This document shows, in pieces, positions 27,501 through 32,000 of a stretch of DNA of 32,000 nt; the stretch's first letter is position 1, and each line of letters starts with the position of its first letter. Both the position numbers and the translations under genes were made by a program. The notes under the pieces are model-generated. The model searched no databases, was not told where the DNA came from, and saw only the letters and a program-made list of their open reading frames with translations. Location of the stretch: NCBI RefSeq assembly GCF_000237865.1, contig NC_017459.1, positions 1,290,001 through 1,322,000 on the forward strand. The letters run 5' to 3'. Source of the DNA: Haloquadratum walsbyi C23. GTDB taxonomy: Archaea; Halobacteriota; Halobacteria; Halobacteriales; Haloferacaceae.

Positions 27501-28197
27501 AAAAGCACGGGATGCTGATGAGATGAGCAATACGATGGCCGCTGTTGGACTCACGGATGTTGAGTATGATACGGAAGCTGCACTTGTTGGATGGGGCGAG
27601 CGGACGCATTCAGCACTTAACAGAATTGGAAGCGATGCCAGACGGTTTGATCCGGTGTTGACGCCGTCTATTGTTGAGTATCTATTTACCCAAAGTTCGT
27701 CACTCGAAACTGCTGGTTGGTCGTTTCAGAGCCTGAGGAATCATGAGCGTGGGCATGAGTTTCCTGAGGCAGTACGTGAGGCATATCTGCTGTCAATTCC
27801 TGATGAGTCAGAGGTTGATTATCTGTTGAATCAGCAGGTTGACTCGGACGAGCAAACCGCACAGGAGGTGTTTGCTGAGCAGGATGCTCTTGTCGTGACG
27901 TTCTCAACAGAACTTGTGAATGAGCGTGGTTCATTGCGGTTGTTATTACCAGGTGATCCGTTGTTCGCACATCTCCTCCAGATAATCGACGATAATCAGG
28001 CGATGGCTGAGGAGAATGTGACGCTCATTTCATCCAATGAGATAGATGAGAAATTGGAGACCAATCGGATATGTGATGTGCAGGAACTAATCGCACCAGT
28101 GATTAATAATCGGAATCTAACGCCAATGGATATCAATTGTTATGAAAATGAGAAATCAGCAAAGGAAGCTGTGAAGAGGTTTGTATATCTAGACTGA
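24571..28197 (+). CDS. Fusion protein: N-terminal single-HKD PLD-family domain + SNF2-family helicase (PbeD-like; DrmC+DrmD-like content)
   Basis: HKD motif MFHSKLGIGVD...FEGSINE (H codon at 24931-24933). SNF2 motifs: LSDEVGLGKTIE, LLLVPASLMEQW, VVDEAHNARN, LYALSATPMQ, VCTDSASEGLNLQ, DLPWNPMQVEQRIGRIDRIGQ. The track ORF starts at TTG 24565; ATG 24571 (MFSNNSWQ) is preferred. Confidence 0.9.
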   Translation: MFSNNSWQLTYESGTDDLFTDFYEPFLSEAEQYNRIAGYLSLRGLAAALEGVDSMLETDGEIRVITGADLQQREREYLLTDTEGTFPNWTKSQLAIIAELFDRGDLSIKVADVSQQTGMFHSKLGIGVDANDDVLTFEGSINETPNGWLRSYERFKIHRSWKYVEREYVERDRETFDMLWNDNHSYVDVYELSEADKQDIASWQPDGGQQLQKARETVREGRPENAPSEWELARALSVNGQTPGGLHLAEDVSTITPWPHQRSISDTVVSHYPSNFILSDEVGLGKTIEVGLTLSRLIQTGDVETALLLVPASLMEQWQRELRDKFNLNAYRFERQSGYPVVTGSYGDGSSSTVTLSGDVTASDWSDTPIGGFVDKRDRPTIIIQSWHRARMTGNQQHVAPQTDETVWDATVVDEAHNARNPDTKFYKLLGDVRDSSRALYALSATPMQVRIEELHDILRLTELPDSWDDRKQLANFFRTKMILRETLAEGRIGDSFGDIEREIERTFQRKYADRFDESRHSHIENDLSLEVVRARFEQFARMIADHAASYPGYTDYIDQLADTIETDEGMRVRFSLRKQLKRLIDSDERRFVDDPAEILYDLDDKLGWRLVVRMSEDMNPVQSRMFRNTREVLRDAKEDGRLDATVPRRDVSTEHVPLDNEIEELFDEIESYIKNTYQRSTEVLDDQQKAALGFVMTIYRKRLASSFAAIQSTLRSRYNSLGDKLPDDADELESQVRGSEASEADVRAIVDDETINQYQVSKRKIIQYEQSQIEQFITKLRSQKTDPKVSKLSSAIDEYREEGYHDIVIFTQYTDTMDDIANELKLLNDVGIFSGDGGSVYRNHEWVDVGKEGVKKSFADDDGIGILVCTDSASEGLNLQTGELLINYDLPWNPMQVEQRIGRIDRIGQENEVVKIVNYAYEDEIDAQIYESLDDKLDIFDQVVGDTRPVLAGIESEIRDIALKEDTETIEQLTKEKARDADEMSNTMAAVGLTDVEYDTEAALVGWGERTHSALNRIGSDARRFDPVLTPSIVEYLFTQSSSLETAGWSFQSLRNHERGHEFPEAVREAYLLSIPDESEVDYLLNQQVDSDEQTAQEVFAEQDALVVTFSTELVNERGSLRLLLPGDPLFAHLLQIIDDNQAMAEENVTLISSNEIDEKLETNRICDVQELIAPVINNRNLTPMDINCYENEKSAKEAVKRFVYLD

Positions 28198-28296
28198 ATT
28201 CATAAAAATCCTATTCACTAAATGTAATCATAACAATAATTTTGATGCACACACCGAAAACCACCAGCAGAACTCAGTGTCCAGAATTTGTCGTTA

Positions 28297-30129
28297 CTAC
28301 TGATCACTGAATCCTGCAATAGTCTCATCGTCAAACTCGCCGCCAAAGTACACGGATCGACTGAGATTATTATTAGAATTCGCGCAGGTAATGTTCGAAA
28401 GAAAGAGGCAATCCTCGCACGAGCCATTGTGATCGCGTCGGCAGACAGAATCATACGTGCAAAATGCACTTTCTTCCAATTGATTGAGCACCTCTGGAAA
28501 ACGCTCTTCAAACAGGGAGAAGATTGAGCCTAGTGTAAAGTTCGTGTCCGGCCGCTTGTAGATAATGAAACTCATAGCTCTTGGAAGTATATGCTCAACG
28601 AGACTATCGCGCCCATATCCAGAGAGTGCTCCAATCGAGTCAGTGAATAGGTGTGAGAGGGTGTGAAGTAGTGTGAATGCGTGTCGAGCGGGTGTTCGTT
28701 CCGCTGGAAGAGAGTCAAAACGGTTTGGAGCAGTCATCTTCTCAATGAACCAACGGTCGAGATTGTTGACAGTTGTTGACTGAACAATATTGTTAGAGAA
28801 GAGCCAATCTAACACTGCCTGCTTGTCGAGCGAGATCATAACTGCCTCCGCGTCCATCGTCCGAGCGAAAATTTGCGTCTCTGCCCACTGCCCACTAGAG
28901 AATGCATTTAATCGCGGTCCCATTTCGTCCTCAGTGTCGCCACCTGGAATTGGCGTCCCTCGAGTATATCCATATGTAACGGTCGTCACGGGGAAATTTT
29001 TAATCAGCCGAATTTCCGAAAGGTTCTGATTAGAACGAAGATCTGTATAATATTCAAGTTCATCTTCTGAGAGATGACTTTTTGTATCGACATCTTCGAG
29101 TAGTGAACTGAATGTGTATGTCTCAATACGGTCATTGTCATCGTATTCATCGCTGGTCACCGACAAATACTCAAAAAGCTCTTCGCTGAGACGCAGTCTC
29201 TTCGTCTTGTCGAACTCCGCCTGTAAGAACTGTTTTACTTCACTACGATGATCAGTCGCATCTGTAGTAAGCCGCTCTTTGGCCAGCTCAAGCGCGTGTT
29301 CCCGGTTTGATGCCTCATCATTCGCCATTAATTTCATAGCCTCCTGCAACAGTTCATCCTCGCTTGGACTGTCATTACCGCTGTTACGGAGTAAATAATC
29401 AGATATAATCTGCGCCTGATACTCCTGATTATCCTGTAGTGCATTCAATTTCTGATGAGCGTTAATCAGCGTCTGCGTCTGTGGATAGAATGTGCTGGAT
29501 GCTGAGTGAGGGAGCGTTTTGATATCTTCCATATCACAGCTAGGACTGAAACAAGTTGATCCTCCATTGAACCGGGTCGTGTACGAGCAACTAGAATTTG
29601 TACACCGCCAATATGCGTCCTCGAATCGGACAGTTGGGTTTCGATACTCCATTCCTGCGCCACAATGCTCTGGCACGTATATATCCTGAATGCCCCCACA
29701 TCGACAGTACGAAATCATACGCATTTGATCTCGGTCAGAAAGACCAGTTCCACACCGCTCACATGGGACTGTCGTTTCGGCATCCGGGAAATCACGTATC
29801 TCTGTTGGAGTGAACTGGTTTACAGTTCCACAGTTTGCGCATTTGAAACTTCTTGGGAATACCTCAAAATTCGCAGCCCCCGGCGTGACAACTTCCGCAG
29901 TCTCAAATCCAAAGTCAAGTTGGCTACTATTATACCATCGATTTACATGTCGTTGCACACGTCTGATGATATATTCATCCGGCAACTCATCGGCAGCTGC
30001 ATTCCCTGAATCGTCTCTGTCCTCATGAAGCCGCGTAATCATACCACTCAAGTCAGATTCAGAGTGATTGAATGTATTCTCTGGAAGAAAGTCGAAAATA
30101 AACTTTGATTTTGAACGTTCCATCGTCAT
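28297..30129 (-). CDS. DUF1998-domain protein (DrmB-like) with several N-terminal zinc ribbons
   Basis: 610 aa. The C-terminal DUF1998-type module runs HTLSHLF...SFIIYKRPDTN...CTYDSVCRRDHNGSCEDCLFLSNITCANSNNNLSRS. The N-terminal half contains CANCG...CERCG and further Cys clusters. The ATG overlaps the upstream helicase stop (ATGA, 30126-30129). Confidence 0.8.
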   Translation of the reverse strand: MTMERSKSKFIFDFLPENTFNHSESDLSGMITRLHEDRDDSGNAAADELPDEYIIRRVQRHVNRWYNSSQLDFGFETAEVVTPGAANFEVFPRSFKCANCGTVNQFTPTEIRDFPDAETTVPCERCGTGLSDRDQMRMISYCRCGGIQDIYVPEHCGAGMEYRNPTVRFEDAYWRCTNSSCSYTTRFNGGSTCFSPSCDMEDIKTLPHSASSTFYPQTQTLINAHQKLNALQDNQEYQAQIISDYLLRNSGNDSPSEDELLQEAMKLMANDEASNREHALELAKERLTTDATDHRSEVKQFLQAEFDKTKRLRLSEELFEYLSVTSDEYDDNDRIETYTFSSLLEDVDTKSHLSEDELEYYTDLRSNQNLSEIRLIKNFPVTTVTYGYTRGTPIPGGDTEDEMGPRLNAFSSGQWAETQIFARTMDAEAVMISLDKQAVLDWLFSNNIVQSTTVNNLDRWFIEKMTAPNRFDSLPAERTPARHAFTLLHTLSHLFTDSIGALSGYGRDSLVEHILPRAMSFIIYKRPDTNFTLGSIFSLFEERFPEVLNQLEESAFCTYDSVCRRDHNGSCEDCLFLSNITCANSNNNLSRSVYFGGEFDDETIAGFSDQ

Positions 30130-32000
30130 CGCCCATCATCCCCTTTGAATAACGCATCGATGAATGGTTGATTATTAAATTGCGGGGTAATTGACCCTGA
30201 ATTACCGATATCCCGAAGGCTTACCATCGGCTTTTCATCACGGGGAAACTCCGGATAGTTCATTGATGGAAGATTCTGTTCCCAGTACCGCCAAAGATTA
30301 TTTAATTTTGTATCTAGCTGTGAGGTGAAATATCGCGTCTCGGTCGTTTGCTCATCAACCCCGAAGGCGCTACGAAGTAATATTTTCATGTTCTGCTTTG
30401 TGAAATCAGAATAATTGTTGCTAGTCATGAGCTTATACAAATGGCTTGCTTTCTGTACATTGGCACGGACTTGCTTCGTGTCCTTGGTTACAGTTTCTGA
30501 TCGCCACATCGTCGGGCGATAGTGCTGTATAAGCAGTGCATTAGCGACACCGACGAATGTCCGTTCGATACCGAATTTTGCCCAGCGGTCAATTGGGACA
30601 GGTTCGACTGCTCGGTCAAGATATTCATGCATTTTCTCGAAAAACCGGTATCGGTGCATATCCCGCTCTTCGAGTGGATTAAATGCATTAAATACGAACC
30701 CCGTGACCCCTGATTGGCGACCAACCCGGCTGCTAGACTGGATATATTGGAACGTCTGCGCCGGTAATCCGTAGAACATCATCATATTGAACCTATTAAC
30801 ATCGATTCCATGACCAATGAAGCTAGTTGACGGGACAGTATCTACCCGATTCTCAAATGGAATATCACCCTGATTCTCAAGTGTTTCAAGAAGATCCGAA
30901 TCTTCTGTATCCGCAGTCAACTGTCGTTCAACTATCGAATTTTCATATCCATTCTCCATCATCTTCGGGTTCGTATGCTTCGCAATATTTTCCCGATAAC
31001 GATCCTTCTCAACCTTATTAGTAAAGTAAATTACACTTAGCTCATACAAATCAAGGAGTTCACGCTTTTTCGATTTAGTTAATGAATCAAGTCCAACTCT
31101 ATCTGCGAGTTCCTCAGAAGACAATTCACGTGCATCTCGAATAAGTTCGTGATAATTCTGAATAGTGTCTAGAATCGAATACAGATGAGATCGGTTGTCA
31201 GGCATAAACCCAACATACTCTCGCTGAATCGTATCCGTAAGGTGACCATAGAACGTTTCCCGGCGTTTCGGCCCATCGACTGGGAATCTGACTGCTTCTT
31301 TTTGGAAGAGGTTCTGCATCTGCCGCTCGTACTTGGCAATTGTGGCAGTAGATGTGAGGATTTTCGGCTCCTTTCCATGAATCTCGTCGCAAAGCGTCAG
31401 ATAAAGTGTCTCATAATGTGATGAGAACGTCCCCAGTTCCTCACTTAGCAGATGAACCTCATCGATGAGATGTAGCGTGGGAACTGGGTCATACAGCTCA
31501 TTTGGGTCTACCTCACGCAGATTTTCTGAGTCGACATCACAGTGTGCGTGCTCAGAGCACTTACCAGAGTAGCCGTATCCATGAATCGGGCATTCTGTGG
31601 TAAGATTTCCCAGTATGTTCGCGAACCGCGGTTGCATACCAGAGACAACTATCTTATCCAGTGAACCTAGCAGTACGGACGGGACATATCGGTAAATATC
31701 ACGATCAACGACATAGAGCGGCAGTTGACCAATACAGCTATCGCCAGTACAGTGATGAAAGACACTATTCTTCTCTTTATCAAATTCCACCCTAACGTCG
31801 CTCTGGCAAAGCGGGCATGTTTCTACAACCTGGCACTCCTCCTCTAATCGCTGTTGACTTTCTGAGAAGGCCTCTCGGTACCGATCTCGACTTGTTCCAA
31901 TAGCGTTTGGTGTATCGTGACTGCCAACGTAGAATCCTAACGAGAACGGCTCGCCACGACTATCCAATCCGAGGTTATTGTTTGCCTGACGTATCTCCTC
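30126..32000 (-). CDS. DExH helicase, DrmA-like partner of the DUF1998 protein (5'-partial; N-terminus lies beyond the window)
   Basis: The frame stays open to nt 32000 (...EEIRQANNNLGL precedes the TTG that the track calls Met). Motif II is LIDEVHLL, III is LTSTATI, VI is QSSSRVGRQSG. Zn clusters are CPLCQS...HHCTGDSC and CPIHGYGYSGKCSEHAHC. LLGSLDKIV sits where DrmA-type helicases carry their TVDKFA-like motif (from memory). Confidence 0.78.
   Translation of the reverse strand, partial: EEIRQANNNLGLDSRGEPFSLGFYVGSHDTPNAIGTSRDRYREAFSESQQRLEEECQVVETCPLCQSDVRVEFDKEKNSVFHHCTGDSCIGQLPLYVVDRDIYRYVPSVLLGSLDKIVVSGMQPRFANILGNLTTECPIHGYGYSGKCSEHAHCDVDSENLREVDPNELYDPVPTLHLIDEVHLLSEELGTFSSHYETLYLTLCDEIHGKEPKILTSTATIAKYERQMQNLFQKEAVRFPVDGPKRRETFYGHLTDTIQREYVGFMPDNRSHLYSILDTIQNYHELIRDARELSSEELADRVGLDSLTKSKKRELLDLYELSVIYFTNKVEKDRYRENIAKHTNPKMMENGYENSIVERQLTADTEDSDLLETLENQGDIPFENRVDTVPSTSFIGHGIDVNRFNMMMFYGLPAQTFQYIQSSSRVGRQSGVTGFVFNAFNPLEERDMHRYRFFEKMHEYLDRAVEPVPIDRWAKFGIERTFVGVANALLIQHYRPTMWRSETVTKDTKQVRANVQKASHLYKLMTSNNYSDFTKQNMKILLRSAFGVDEQTTETRYFTSQLDTKLNNLWRYWEQNLPSMNYPEFPRDEKPMVSLRDIGNSGSITPQFNNQPFIDALFKGDDGR

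Noticed and set aside
1-32000. CRISPR array, cas genes, or dndC/dndA (PP-loop, PLP desulfurase) genes
   Set aside because: No regularly spaced direct repeats were seen, and no ORF carries those signatures. This absence is itself used in the findings above.

Overview
The window looks like an accessory region of a halophilic archaeon. The proteins are strongly acidic, there is an IS1341-type TnpB remnant and an IS1595-type transposase, and GC is moderate to low and visibly mosaic. All calls come from reading motifs in the supplied translations and DNA; no searches were run.

Layout:
- 1-7.5 kb: a TnpB remnant, a D-2-hydroxyacid dehydrogenase, a vWA protein, several small acidic ORFs, and a four-member family of small membrane-protein paralogs.
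- 7.5-10.5 kb: an AT-rich cassette holding an orphan winged-helix ORF, a ~0.9 kb ORF-free stretch and a LAGLIDADG-like ORF.
- 10.5-32 kb: a dense defence island made of three helicase-centred modules.

Module A (minus strand, 17350 down to 10540) is a translationally coupled operon. It encodes a single-HKD PLD + SF2 helicase fusion, a 65-aa ORF, a DndD-like SMC/Rad50-type ATPase with a CxCG hook, and a 142-aa DndE-like protein. Its last gene (369 aa when restored) is cleanly split by a 1002-bp IS1595-family element with an 8-bp target duplication (TTGTCTGA), 25-bp inverted repeats, and reading frame restored on precise excision. I could not match this gene set to any named system, so it is my best candidate for an undescribed defence system.

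Module B (plus strand, 17615-28197) is DUF499-type ATPase (carrying three C2HC zinc fingers) / small protein / DUF1156-type Zn-ribbon N6-methyltransferase / PLD + SNF2 helicase. This is PbeABCD/Hma-like.

Module C (minus strand, window edge down to 28297) is a DrmA-like helicase, 5'-truncated by the window, coupled to a DUF1998 (DrmB-like) protein. Together with module B it gives DISARM-class-1-like gene content in a non-canonical arrangement.

I saw no CRISPR array, tRNA or rRNA.
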